A stretch of 64,000 nt of DNA from NCBI GenBank assembly GCA_964016885.1, contig OZ024758.1, positions 5,084,001 to 5,148,000 of the forward strand, in the 5' to 3' direction. The notes under the pieces are model-generated. The model was not told the origin of the DNA and did no database searches. It saw only the letters and a list, made by a program, of their open reading frames with translations. A program made the position numbers and the translations under genes. The DNA comes from Eledone cirrhosa. Its lineage: Eukaryota. Of this stretch, positions 12,361 to 24,858 are shown one piece after another (position 1 is the stretch's first letter; every line of letters starts with the position of its first letter).

Positions 12361-13040
12361 ACTGTAATATTTTCTCTATGCTGTAAGTCTGGTGTTTGTC
12401 TAATATACTTGTCTGTATCGGAATCGGATTATTTTTTAATCTGTACACCCAGGTAATCGCTATTTCTAGATATTTAGGTTTATTTAATATAACATTTTAT
12501 TGATACCAGTAATTAGACTGCTGTCATACTGGAGCAACGATTAATGGATAATTTACTTTTAAGTTTCAAGAGACACATATTATCGCGTCAATTTACACAA
12601 GTATACGCGCGCGCATACATACGTACATACATACGTAGATACATACGTACATACATAAGTACATATATACGCAAATACAGGGGCGGTAGAACTGTGGGTG
12701 GGTGTGGGGCATCCCCCCCCCCTTCCAAAAAATAAATAATTATATTTTTCTCCCCAAACTACCAAAGCACATCTATTTGTAAATATGCTTCAGTTTATGT
12801 ACATGTGATGTTTATCACATATCGAAGTTTTTTTTAAAAATATATATATTGATTGATATTTGATGACAACTAAAGTGATCAACTATATCCCCCCCCCCCC
12901 ATTTATTAAATTGTGGGGGATAAAAGCGAGTGGGGGTTGGAAAAAATCTTTAAAAAATCGATAAGTGAGGTACAGAGTGGACAACGATTATTCGAGACTC
13001 GTGAGTACATTATTTTCGAAACTTGTTTTCTTGCTTGTAT

Positions 13041-13091
<51 letters not shown>

Positions 13092-13094
<3 letters not shown>

Positions 13095-13181
13095 CGACCG
13101 TTGCAGACATACTATTATTGTCTGGCATCCAGAAACCTTTGGTAATGGAGTAGTTATATTTTGTGTTGTTCACTTTCTAAT

Positions 13182-13217
<36 letters not shown>

Positions 13218-13280
13218 TTCTCTGCTTTGTATTGAGTACCTTACTGTGGTTACTCCCGAGTGAACTCGGGATAAATTTAT
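13092..13280 (+). mobile_element. Family G pLTR remnant (5'-truncated HHR plus tail)
   Basis: Matches 23945-24035 (CCAGAAACCTTTGGTAATGGAG); tail ATTGAGTACC at 13231 follows a (TA)n run. Confidence 0.6.
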
Positions 13281-13397
13281 ATTTATATATATGTATATAT
13301 GTGAATCTCTCTTTCTTTATATATATATATATATATATATATACTCTTTTACCTGTTCCAGACATCCGGCTGAGGCCATGCTGGGGCACCGCCCTTG

Positions 13398-13429
<32 letters not shown>

Positions 13430-13944
13430 CATTTCCATTTATCATTCCTCCAGCCCTTTACGTTCTGAGTTCAAACGCCGCCGAGGTTAGCTTTGCCTTT
13501 CAGCCTACGGGGTCGATGAAATAAAGTACCAGTAATACACTGGAGTCGATTTAATCGACTTTCCCTTCCCACCAAAATTGCTGGCCTTGTGCCTATAGTA
13601 GGAATCATTTAGCACCTCTCCCCTATTTCTTTGAATCAACAAGTTCCAAATTATGATCGCTGTTATCATTTTCTGATACCATTTTCTTTTAAGGATGGGG
13701 TCTTAATTTATTGCAATCATTTCTCGTAAATTACTTTAGTTCTCATGTTTATGCAAGTTTCTACTGCCCAATTAAGTGCACCTCGGTGTCACAGAGCTAG
13801 GTGCAACCTTGTAGTGTGGTGGAGTGCTAGAACTCTGTTTCTATTGTATATCTCTATTGCTTTGTAGCTGGCTTTGATTTATTGTGTCGGGTGTTGTTTT
13901 AGTGTTTTGTACATTGTGTTGTATCGTGTTGTGTTTGTTGTACT

Positions 13945-14190
13945 AGATATGTTGTTGTTTGTTGTGTTAAATATGTTGTGTTGTTGTTTGTTGTGTTAAA
14001 TATGTTGTGTTGTTGTTTGTTGTGTTAAATATGTTGTGTTGTTTGTTGTGTTAAATATGTTGTGTTGTTGTTTGTTGTGTTAAATGTGTTTGTTGTGTTA
14101 AATATGTTGTGTTGTGTTTGTTGTGTTAAATATGTTGTGTTGTGTTTGTTGTGTTAAATATGTTGTGTTGTGTTTGTTGTATTGGATATG
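13945..14190. repeat. ~26-bp TG-rich minisatellite
   Basis: (TGTTGTTTGTTGTGTTAAATATGTTG)n. Confidence 0.9.
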
Positions 14191-14799
14191 TCTGATGGTG
14201 TTCTAAGTGTGTTGTGTTAGTTTGTTGGGGGGGGGGGAGACCTATGTTGCATGAGTGTTGTGTTAATTTGTTGTGGGGGATCTGTTTTCTATGTGTGTTG
14301 TGTTATTTTGTTGGGGTGGGGGTCCATGTGAGTTGTGTTCAATATTTTAGTGTCAGGAAGTGAACCCGCGTGGCCTAATGGTTAGAATGCTTGACATTTC
14401 GGCCTACACTCTATTTTACCAATTTGTGTTAAACGAATACCGAACTGATCTAATAATACATTTGAAGAAATGTTGCAGGTTGTTTATCGTAACAAATACT
14501 CATCTCGGTTAATTATAGTTTTTAAGAGATTAGTAATGTCATCGGTTCGATTCCTGGACAAGGTGCTGTGTTGTGTTCTTGAGCAAAACACTTTATTTCA
14601 CCTTACTACTGTACACTCATATAAAAGTGGGTACCAGCAGTAGCTGGGGAGTTAATCCTGTGAGAGACCGTCGTCCTATCCAGGGATAGTATTGTACTCT
14701 CAGTCGCTTTAAGCTAATGAAACTAAGGATAAACACTGGCCTGGTGAGCCATTGGCTTAAAATAGACTTTAATGTGGTTCTGTTGAATATGTGTCAACG

Positions 14800-15040
14800 T
14801 ATCTAAGGTCTGTCTTAGGCCAGAAGGTTCATTTGGTCGGTGTGTATCCCGGTTTCATGGTGTGACAGGACGCTAGTCCATCGCAGGGGTAAACCTCCAG
14901 CTATTGCTGGTACTCATATTCAGCTAAGTATACTGGAGCAACGTGAAATTGTGTTCAAGAACACATGCAACCCAGAAATCGAACCCACGACATTATGATC
15001 GTAAGTCTAACACCCTTATCACTAGGCCACGTGCCTCCGC
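14800..15040 (-). mobile_element. tRNA-derived SINE (family 2-related)
   Basis: Reverse complement begins GGAGGCACGTGGCCTAGTG...GGTTCGATTTC (A and B boxes); a related + strand copy lies at ~14362-14770. Confidence 0.7.
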
Positions 15041-15889
15041 GTGTTAACATATACTATTACATTATTGCATGCGATCTGTGTAGCGTATGTTCTATTATGT
15101 GTTAACCTCTGGGGTGAGGTTGTATAGAATATATGTTAGTGTAAATGTAGGATATAAGATCTGTCTGTTCAACGTTGGGCCTCTGAGAGAAATTCTGCAA
15201 AGCGAAACAACACTGATTTCAGGCCCAGCTAAAAGCATCTCCTTTTAAAATTCAAGGGAGCTGAAAAGCATATTTTAAAGAGGTGCTAGATATTGATATA
15301 ACGTTTAGTGACTCTTCGGGCCCCAGACCACAATTCCGATAGAACTCTCCCCCACCCTAGTATAAGCTCTCGCTGTTGGCAGTATCTCAGATATATTGTA
15401 GTCTTGGGTGCCGGTTATTTAAGAATATATTATTTAATTGGGTGAAGGCACGTGGCTGAATGGTTAGAGAATTGGATTCGCAATCGTGAGGTTGAGAGTT
15501 CGATTCCTGGACCGGGTGATGCGTTATGTCCTTGGAAAAGACACTTTATTACGTTGCTCCTTCTACCTGGAGTTGCGACCGATAAATAGTATTAGCAATT
15601 GGAAAGACCAATGGAAACATTGTTTCCTCGGTCCGATTTGACGAAAGTCGATCGACTAACGATTATTTAATTGTTGAGTTTTGTTTTGCTTTCTGTAGAA
15701 TACGATTTGTGTGACATGTTATTTTACTGGTTAATGAATGTGTAAAGGATGTTTGTGTGTGTGTGCAAGTGAGTGAGTGAGTGTGTGTTTGTGGATGTGT
15801 TGTTTGTGTGTGCAAGTGAGTGAGTGAGTGTGTGTTTGTGTATGTGTTGTTTGTGCTGTTTGTGTTTGTGTTAGAAATAATTATTATTG

Positions 15890-18000
15890 AGGATGGTGGA
15901 TTGGCAGAATCGGTAGAGCGTCAGACACTGTTTTGCAGCATAAAGTTACGGCCCTTTACAGACTGAGTTCGAATCCCGCTGAGGTTAGTTTTGTCTTTCA
16001 ACCCAACGGGATTGATAAAATAAAATACTAGTAATACACTGGGGTCGATTTAATCGACTTGCCCCGCCCCCAAATTACTGGCTTTGTGCCTATACTAGAA
16101 ATCATTGAGGGTGGTGTATTGGCAATATTGGTAGTATCGAACACCATGTTTTGCAGCATAAAGTTACGGCCCTTTACGGTCTGAGTTCAAATCCCGCCGA
16201 GGTTAGCTTTCTTTCAACCCGACGGGGTCGATGAAATAAAATAAAATACCAGTAATGCCCTGGGGTCGATTTAATCGACTTACCCCTTCCCCAAATTTGT
16301 TGGGCTTGTAAATTCCGCCTTACATCGATGTGGGGCCTATAAAATAAAACTACCAGTCAAGAACTGGGGCGATTTAATCGTCGATATCAATGTCTCAAAA
16401 GAAGGTTTGAACACTCTAAAGAAGGCGCTATAGAAAATAAATGTCATGTCATAAAATGAAAATGTCAAAAGTATTACATGTATATCGCTTGACATAAAAT
16501 TACGTGGGCGTCCACAAGTTTACAACGCCCTAAATGGGAGTTTGAGCAATATCTGATAAGAACCACTGGATAAAATATTCCTACATTTGTGATCTTGTTA
16601 TAATGTTTAGAATTATCTTATTATCATTATTGTTAGCAGGGCGGTGGATTGGCAGTATCGGTAGAGGGTCGGACCCCATGCAAGGGCGGTGGATTGGCAG
16701 TATCGGTAGAGGGTCGGACCCCATGCAAGGGCGGTGGATTGGCAGTATCGGTAGAGGGTCGGACCCCATGCTTTGCAGCATATTTCCGGCCTTTTATGTT
16801 CAAATCCTGCCGAGGTTAACTTTGCCTTACATCCTTACGGGGTCGATAAAATAAAGTACCAGTAATGCATTGATATATTTGCTGGCCTCGTGCCAAAAAT
16901 AGAAACAATTATTATTATTGTTGGCAGGGCTGTGGATTGGCAGTATCGGTAGAGGGTCGGTCGGACGCCATACTTTGCAGCATATAGTTACGTTCCTTTA
17001 CGGCCTGTGTTCAAATCCAGTCGAGGTTAACTTTGCCTTTCATCCTTATAGGGTTGATAAAATAAAGTACCAGACACGCACTGAGGTCGATTTAATTAAC
17101 TTTTACCCTCCCCCAAAATTGCCGGCCTTGTGCCTATATAAGAAACCATTGTTGTTGGCTACACTTCTCGTGGAAACTATGTACAATGTTTTCACTCCTT
17201 TAACTTTTTCTGTATATCTTATTCGAGGGCGGATAATTAACAGAATCATTAATTAGAAAGTCGGGTGGAATGACTTGCGGTATTTGTTTCGTTTCTCTAC
17301 TCACTGAGTTCAAATCCCGCCGGGATCAACTTTGTATTTCATCCTTTCCAGGTCAATAAAAAAAAGTATTTGTCTACTAATGGGGTCGGTTCTTCCTCTC
17401 TACCTCTTTCTCATTTATTTTCTATCATTTGCTCTCCTCCTCAAACAGAAATTTGCTGTAGTCAGACCAGGAAATGGGCTCCGTTAGGTTTAACCCTTTA
17501 GCATTTAAACCAGTTTCTGTTTAAACTGGCCGTAAATGCCCACTCATACTTAAGGTATTGTTCTCAAAATAACATCAAAATCTCAGATTCGACATTGTGA
17601 GATAATTGTGAGATAATTATGTGAGGTAATTATGTGATATAAAGTGTTTACCGTGAAAATACAATGGGAAATATAGAGTAATGTGAATGCTAAAGGGTTA
17701 AAAAAAAAAAAAAGCCCTAATAACGCCGTATGTCAATACGGTGCCTCTATAACTCCCTGGGGAGTTACGGATCGATACATAAATACTTCCAGATATATAT
17801 TTTATTCCTCTTTGGGGCGGTGGATTGTCAGTATCGGTAGAGGGTCGGACGCCATGCTTTGACGCATAGTTACGGCCCTTTCCATTCTGAGTTCAAATCC
17901 CGCCGAGTTTAACTTTGCCTTTCATCCTTACGGGGTCGATAAAATAAAGTACCAGTCATGCACTGCGTAATTGCTGGCCTTGTGCCAAAGTAGAAACAAT
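15890..18000 (+). mobile_element. Cluster of about 7 co-oriented SINE family 1 copies
   Basis: Copies at ~15890, 16108, 16638, 16925, 17260 and 17815 with the family 1 head and central domain. Confidence 0.85.
17494..17697. mobile_element. piggyBac-type MITE
   Basis: TIR CCCTTTAGCATT/AATGCTAAAGGG flanked by TTAA on both sides; related copy at ~47840-48117. Confidence 0.85.
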
Positions 18001-18455
18001 ATATTTTATTCATCTTTATAATGTATATCATTCCACATCTGTCGTAATAAGATATTTTCCAACAATGGTCAACAAAATTTTGGTTTTTTATGACCAAAGT
18101 TTGAGACCTGTTCTTGAGTAATTTGGGGACGCTGAGTTTAAAAATGACAACACATTATTCCTATCACGTCAAGTTTTCACTTGTTAGGGGGAAATTGATA
18201 CCATTGAAATCAGTACCTCAAAATCAGCTAAAAACAAAAACAAAAGTTAAGTCAGCAAAAGGTGTATTAACCAGTCTAGAAAGGTGTATTAACAATTAGA
18301 CTTCTCTGTTGAATTAACCTGGTTTTATGTCATTCCTGATAAAGAATTTCCCACAATTATTTTACGGTATTAGAGCCATTCATACTTTGCATTGAAAACT
18401 GTGATTCTTGGTCAGAAAAACATTTTCATTTTTTCCTCTGCTTAACATAGGAACA

Positions 18456-18680
18456 TACGAGAGTCGGCTGAATAGTTCATAGGATGACCAAGATACTCTC
18501 ATGGAATGACCAAGTGGGGTTTATTTTTCAACATAGTCCCTGAAAAGAAACAATGCAGCTAAGAAGAAGAGTTGAAATTAATGCATGCAAGATTTCACAG
18601 TTCTAGCATCACTCCTTCTAGAAAGAAACAATGCAGTTTTTAATAAGAAAAATTGAAATTAATGCATATATGATTTCACA
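18456..18680 (+). mobile_element. mariner-derived non-autonomous element
   Basis: TACGAGAGTCGGCTGAATAGTTCATAGG terminus; copies at ~29800-29965, 40336-40540 (tandem x3), 44912-45120 and 61065-61310. Confidence 0.65.
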
Positions 18681-18979
18681 ACATCATATATAGTGTATAT
18701 ATAGAGAGAGTATAGAGCAGGGGTTCCCAACCTTTTTGTCGTTGTCGCCCACTTTTCCACACACACAAATTCCCATCGCCCACCTGTGCAGTAATTTTAA
18801 GGACGCAAAAATAGAGCATTATTCAGTACGGTTGCTTAAAAAATGAAATATTTATTGAGATGAAATATTGCAAAATGGGGCTAAGCAAATATAAGCCGTC
18901 CATCTGGAAAAAGAGATAAGTTGTATATTTAACTTATCTTTGTCCAAACCTGCATTGTTGTGGCTTTCCAACTTAGAAT

Positions 18980-19046
<67 letters not shown>

Positions 19047-19689
19047 ATACTTGGGGAGGGTCATATTGTTATAATATTGCCAGAAATAATAACAGAACAC
19101 ACTCACTGTTTGTTTTGGGTTGGTTTTTGCTTCTGTATCTTTTATATCACCATAATTAATTTATCTGGCAATCGATGTTTGTTATTGATTGACCAACAGT
19201 TAAAAACACAGATATAAATATATATATAGTCTATCAAAATTCTTTCGTCACACATCTGCGACATCATCAGTGGTACTATTGTGTTTCTTCCAATTGTATT
19301 ATAAAGTCTACGCCATTTTATATATAATTTATCAGATGCTGCTATTAAGTTAGACATGGCCGAAACCTATCTAAGTTATATATAATTATTTCAATCGTCC
19401 TTGCAACAATATTTTCATGCATCAACGCAAGCCCTGAATTTTAATGCTGTAATTATAGTCAAGTCTCCATAACTATTGTAGCCTGAAAGGAGGCTCATGT
19501 GTCCAACTACACTGCTGTTCACTAATTACTACATGCTATACGTTAATGAAAAAAGCAAAAATGAAATGTTGTTTTAACAACTATTGTCATTTTAGTCACG
19601 GAGACAATATCTCCTATCAATGATATACTTGGACAAACTAAGTATTATTTATCCTTCTGGGTAAATATGTGCAGCTGTTTAGAAAGAAA

Positions 19690-20040
19690 ATGTGACTGTT
19701 ATGTTGCCATTTCTAATTGGATAATAAAGCAAATCCCTTGCGATTGAAGTGTGACACTTATATTCACACAAACATGTATATAGTATCTGTCAGTTCTTCA
19801 TTTCATTTTATTTTATTTTATTTTATTTTATTTTATTCACAACATGCGCGATTTTTTAAAGGAGAGATACATGACATTTGTATGGTTAGGAGATGTACAA
19901 ACAATTCCTAGCAGAATGAATTCTTAATAACGACGTGGTTCGTTATTCCTCAAGCTAAACACACGTTGACAATTGAAGAAGGGTTGTTGTTCCTAATAAC
20001 AGCCTATTGGTAAATTTGTAGTTGATAAAGCAAGAGACAC
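19690..20040 (+). pseudogene. Highly degenerate hAT (Buster/ZBED5-like) transposase N-terminal remnant
   Basis: Frameshifted NKANPLRLK-HL..KH (BED finger-like) and PQAKHTLTIEEGLL (cf. AK.KKPHTIGEELI); hAT-like end CAGGGGTTCCCAAC at 18718. Confidence 0.35.
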
Positions 20041-20397
20041 ATGATAGAATTAATTATTTTTTAAAGTCTTATACAATGTCTGTTAATGTTAGTTTTCAGT
20101 GGTCGGAAACTTAAAAAATAACGGCTAGACGTTTTACTGAATCAGATCCATAACTTATATTCGATTTTGTTTGATTCATCGGTTTTGTGCTGATCCTATT
20201 GAATGTACAAAGGTCGGCTGAAAAGGTGAGAGAGAGAGGTGTGCGAGAGATGGAGAGATAGGAGAGAGAGAGAGAGAGTTTGATCAACTTAATTGCTACT
20301 AGGAATGAAGAATGTAATGTTTCCCGTTTGACAATTTGTCAAACTGTGATGAAAAACAGAAAACGTGTCGTATGTTACTTGAGCTGTGGACCAATCA

Positions 20398-20580
20398 TTA
20401 TCATCCGACGGACTCAGCCGAAATGGACTCAACAATTGATATCCACGTGGATCTGTCGTTCATTGCCGTTGCGAAGTCCTGGATTTCAATACCAGAATCT
20501 CTGGAGATGACATCGGGATAGGAGAGCTTGCGCCCCCTGTTATTAGTGACTGCTTGTGATTTCCAAAGTAGTAATGGGGA
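20398..20580 (-). mobile_element. RTE-like LINE 3' end
   Basis: LLWKSQAVTNNRGRKLSYPDVISRDSG...MNDRSTW* plus (TGA)n; second copy at 35720-35895. Confidence 0.75.
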
Positions 20581-20695
20581 CAGGCGCGCGCGAGAGAGAG
20601 AGAGAGAGAAGGGTATGTTTTGAATTACGAGGTGTGGAAAATACATAATTAGAAAGGTAAATTAAAATGCACTAACCCACCTTTATAACTATAAA

Positions 20696-20778
20696 ACACC
20701 TGGGCAGACTCAAAGAAGAGAATGTTTCGCCATAAAGAGTATCAGAACCATAACATGCCAGGGCTCCTCAACAGGTGT
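20696..20778 (-). ncRNA. Degenerate hammerhead ribozyme within fold-back element 20612-20880
   Basis: Minus strand ACACCTG-TTGAGGA-GCC[~30 nt]GGC-GAAA-stem III-CAGGTGT; 7-bp stem I; position 16.1 mutated. Confidence 0.45.
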
Positions 20779-21021
20779 ATCTTTCCAATTATGTTTTTTC
20801 CACTTTTCGTAGACTTTGTCTTTCATTCTCGTGGTTCTCTACCTCTCGTAATTCAAAACACTTCTTTGAATGTTCTTCTCTCTATATATTCTCTATAATA
20901 CGGGGTCGATAAAATAAAGTACCAGTAATGCACTGGGATAATTGCTGGCCTTGTGCCAAAAGTAGAAACAATGATATTATGAAGAGCCCGCTACTTATAG
21001 CTTGAGCTCAGTGCTTTTAAC

Positions 21022-21090
<69 letters not shown>

Positions 21091-21113
21091 ATGTATGTAT
21101 GCGTATATGTATC

Positions 21114-21148
<35 letters not shown>

Positions 21149-21171
21149 ATGTATGTATGCGTATATGTATC

Positions 21172-21206
<35 letters not shown>

Positions 21207-21229
21207 ATGTATGTATGCGTATATGTATC

Positions 21230-21264
<35 letters not shown>

Positions 21265-21287
21265 ATGTATGTATGCGTATATGTATC

Positions 21288-21320
<33 letters not shown>

Positions 21321-21958
21321 ATATGTATGTATGCGTATATGTATCTATGTATATATATATATGTGTATGCGTATATGTATCTATGTTTATATATATATGT
21401 GTATATGTATGTGTATATATATGTATGTGTATGTACATATGTATGTATGTATGTATATATAGACACATACATACAGTTTTGTGTGAAATTAATCATATGC
21501 TCCCCCCTCCCCCGGACACCTTTTAATCCTCCATTTTATTTCTTTATCCAATCCTTTCTCTCTCTCTTCCTCTCGTTCTGTTCTATTGTTTTCTCTACAA
21601 GCCTATACTAACACATCTACACCATTCTTTTAATAACCAATCTATAGTTCTTGTTCGATCTATTTGGTATTTGGGAGTCAAGCTCTTTAGATGTGAAGCA
21701 TGAAGTGCGCATCAATAACAAACATCGATCTTCTGAACACTCTCTGAATCAATATTATTGAAATTGTTTGCCTGGTGTCATAATATAATCGCCGCGTGTC
21801 TATCATAGATATACATGGCTTCTGGAAAGCTGAAGGTTTTCTATGCATGAAAACAACGATCTTCGGATGTGTATGTATGTATATCTTGAGCCTATGTTAA
21901 CATCTTCATGTAAATATATAGTTCTGATATATATTCTGTTATAAATCGTTTAAACCCG

Positions 21959-22000
<42 letters not shown>

Positions 22001-22006
<6 letters not shown>

Positions 22007-22359
22007 AAAAAGAGATGAAATCGAAAATGCAACTGAAGTCTTATTTTTTTTTTAAATATATATATTTATTTAGTTCCTTTACCGGTTTCGCAGTTCTTCT
22101 GCTTTTCAAAAGGTGAGTTGAGATGGAGGGTCTGTGGTTTTTCTCACATCTCAGAAAAACCACAGACCCTCCATCTCAACTCACCTTTTGAAAAGCAGAA
22201 GAACTGCGAAACCGGTAAAGGAACCAAATAAATATATATATTTTTTAAAAAAATAAGACTTCAGTTGCATTTTCGATTTCATCTCTTTTTCTTTATACTT
22301 CCACTCGTGTAGGACACCTCGGTTATTTTTCATTTTGTAAAAAAAACCTCACTTTCTAA
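22001..22359 (+). mobile_element. Family C fold-back element in (TA)n
   Basis: About 143-bp near-perfect inverted arms (22001-22143 / 22152-22296) plus a ~60-bp tail. Confidence 0.8.
22184..22221 (+). ncRNA. Minimal type I hammerhead, U3-A8 variant (mirror copy at 22076-22113, minus strand)
   Basis: CCTT-TTGAAAA-GCAG aagaa CTGC-GAAA-CCGG-TA-AAGG. Confidence 0.7.
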
Positions 22360-22547
22360 TATATATATATATATATATTAAAGAGTTAAACAAGATTCAA
22401 TGATTACATCAAAGAATGAGTTTTACAGTTTTACTGTTGAACCTGATTCAAGTACCTCTGAAATATGTATAATAACATTTAATTGATCACAAGAACATCT
22501 ATTTTATTAATATTTGAATTTTAATATTATATATATATATATATAAT

Positions 22548-22907
22548 TGGTGTGGGATGCTTAAATCGTCCGTAAGCGGTAGGCCGTTTGAGCACTCGAT
22601 GCTCTTACAGAGCAGAGTATAATATCACATAAGAAACGGAGAATCAGTGTTGCGACGAATTGAAATTTATTAGACATATTACAATTGTTTCTCTAGCGAC
22701 CAGCTCGAGGCACGATCGATGCAATGATCGAACCTGATTCTGAAATCGCAAGATCCTCAGATACGTCTCGATTCTTCGAAGCAGAGAAGCAGAGTCGGGT
22801 TCGATCATTGCATCGGTCGTGCCTCGAGCTGGTCGCCAGAGAAACGATTGTAATATGTCTAATAAATTTCAATTCGTCGCAACACTGATTCTCCGTTTCT
22901 TGTGATA
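22548..22907 (-). mobile_element. Family D fold-back element in (TA)n
   Basis: About 120-bp inverted arms (22622-22742 / 22790-22907); tail with ATCGAGTGCTC on the minus strand. Confidence 0.8.
22672..22768 (-). ncRNA. Type I hammerhead ribozyme with extended stem II
   Basis: Minus strand AGACGTAT-CTGAGGA-TCTTGCGATT[~42 nt]GGTCGCTAGA-GAAA-CAATTG-TA-ATATGTCT-AATAAA; 8-bp stem I, GUA site. Confidence 0.75.
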
Positions 22908-22914
22908 TATATAT

Positions 22915-23160
22915 GTATCTCTATCTAAGGCGGGTAAAATTCCCGAGATCCATGGACGAGTTCTCTCCAGCGGTCTCTGTCCCTCATTATCGCTGCCATA
23001 TCCTGCATCTCCAACAGACCAGTGTCTGTCCTTAGGGCCTCAACATATGTTAACCCTGGTCTTCCTCTTCTAGTGTGTCCATGTAGGGGCTCCCAAAGGA
23101 GCACTGAGTGCAATGTCAACTCTGGATGTCGGTGAGCATGTCCAGCCAACCTGTGTCACT
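22915..23160 (-). mobile_element. RTE-like LINE 3' end with (TAGA)n tail
   Basis: AGHAHRHPE...LLWEPLHGHTRRGRPGLTY...DTGL...MRDRDRW; short copy at 26100-26200 on +. Confidence 0.8.
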
Positions 23161-23384
23161 TTTGAGCTGACTTTTGGGATGTATATATGTATGTGAATAT
23201 GTATGTGAATATGTATGTGAATATGTATATATGTATGTGAAAGGTAAACAGAAATAACAACACAATCGGTACAGTATATGGAAGGGATATATTAGGTTAA
23301 CGCTTGATATAGCATACACATACACATACATACAGTAATTTTAAGTTATTCATATATTATATATATATAGTATATTATATATTC

Positions 23385-23538
23385 AATACTGGTGGGTTTG
23401 TTCAGATCTAGCTGTCGAAACGGCCGGAGCTCAGCCGTCGGGGTCCTGACTCTTTTCCTATTACCCACTCTACTACTCTTAGTATCGAGTACTCTGGTGT
23501 GTTATGGTCCACCTGGTATCTTACCACACTTTCTATGC
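23385..23538 (+). mobile_element. Family A element without the inverted arm
   Basis: GTCGAAACGGCCGGAGCTCAGCCGTCGGGGTC plus the shared tail with ATCGAGTACTC. Confidence 0.7.
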
Positions 23539-23568
23539 ACTTCACACGTGCGCGCGCGCACACACACA

Positions 23569-23732
<164 letters not shown>

Positions 23733-23938
23733 ATTGTTTCTACTTTTGGCACAAGGCCAGCAATTACCCAGTGTATTACTGGTACTTATTTTATCGATAG
23801 ATAATTCCGAGGGAAAATATTGCCCTATGTATAGAACAGAGCTGTTTAATTAAAAAGGGAACAACACGCAATATAACTACTCCATTACCAAAGGTTTCTG
23901 GATCTTAATATACGTCTGGATCGGTCATCAGACAACAT

Positions 23939-24006
23939 CTCTGTCTGATGACCGATCCAGACGTAAATTAATATTGTCTGGGATCCAGAAACCTTTGGTA
24001 ATAGAG
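23939..24006 (+). ncRNA. Type I hammerhead ribozyme (family G) within fold-back element 23797-24035
   Basis: CTCTGT-CTGATGA-cc GATCCAGAC..GTCTGGGATC ca-GAAA-CC ttt GG-TA-ATAGAG; canonical core, GUA site. Confidence 0.75.
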
Positions 24007-24047
24007 TAGATATATTTTGTGTTGTTCACTTTCTAATATATATATAA

Positions 24048-24080
<33 letters not shown>

Positions 24081-24825
24081 CACACACATTAAAATAACAG
24101 ATTAAAGTTTAAGCAAAGAATCCCTGCCTTATCGAGCCCTCTTTGGATTTTAGTCTTCACATTTATTATTCTCTTTCTCTATCTTTCTCTTTCTCTATCT
24201 TTCTCTCTCTCTTTCCCTCTTTCTCTCTTTCCCTCTTTCTCTCTTTCCCTCTTTCTCTCTTTCTCTCTCTGTATGTGAAGGACCCCTAGCCTTTGCCAGA
24301 GCATTCTTCTAGGAGAAGGCAACTCAGGAAACTGGGATAACTACCTGCGGCTCAGTAGTTACCGATGATGTTCTTCTTTTCGGGTTATGGCTACTGTCGC
24401 TCAGAGAGTGGGATTGGCTCAGTGCACAGTCTTTCCTAAAATATTCGAGCACACACATACTTGACATTTGTAAATGTCCAGTATATAGCCACTGAGCACC
24501 TCAGTCTATGTACCTTCTACACAGATTAATTTTTTTATTTAACTCTCACCTTTGCTAACATTCTATTCAGTTTTAACATGACATTATGCTACGTTGAATA
24601 AACACAAAGAATGACATCTTAACCCTTTTCTGTATTTCGTTTTCTCTATCTCTTTCAGCACACACTCACACGCACACGCACACGCACACGCACACGCACA
24701 CGCACACGCACACGCACGCACACACACGCACACACAAGTCCATAGATACATAGATATACATATATGTATTTAAAATTATATATATATATATATATACATA
24801 CGAATGTATGTGTCTGTGTGTGTAG

Positions 24826-24858
<33 letters not shown>

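Noticed and set aside
16638-16820. SINE heads as tRNA genes
   Set aside because: A and B boxes are present, but there is no cloverleaf and each head continues into a SINE body.
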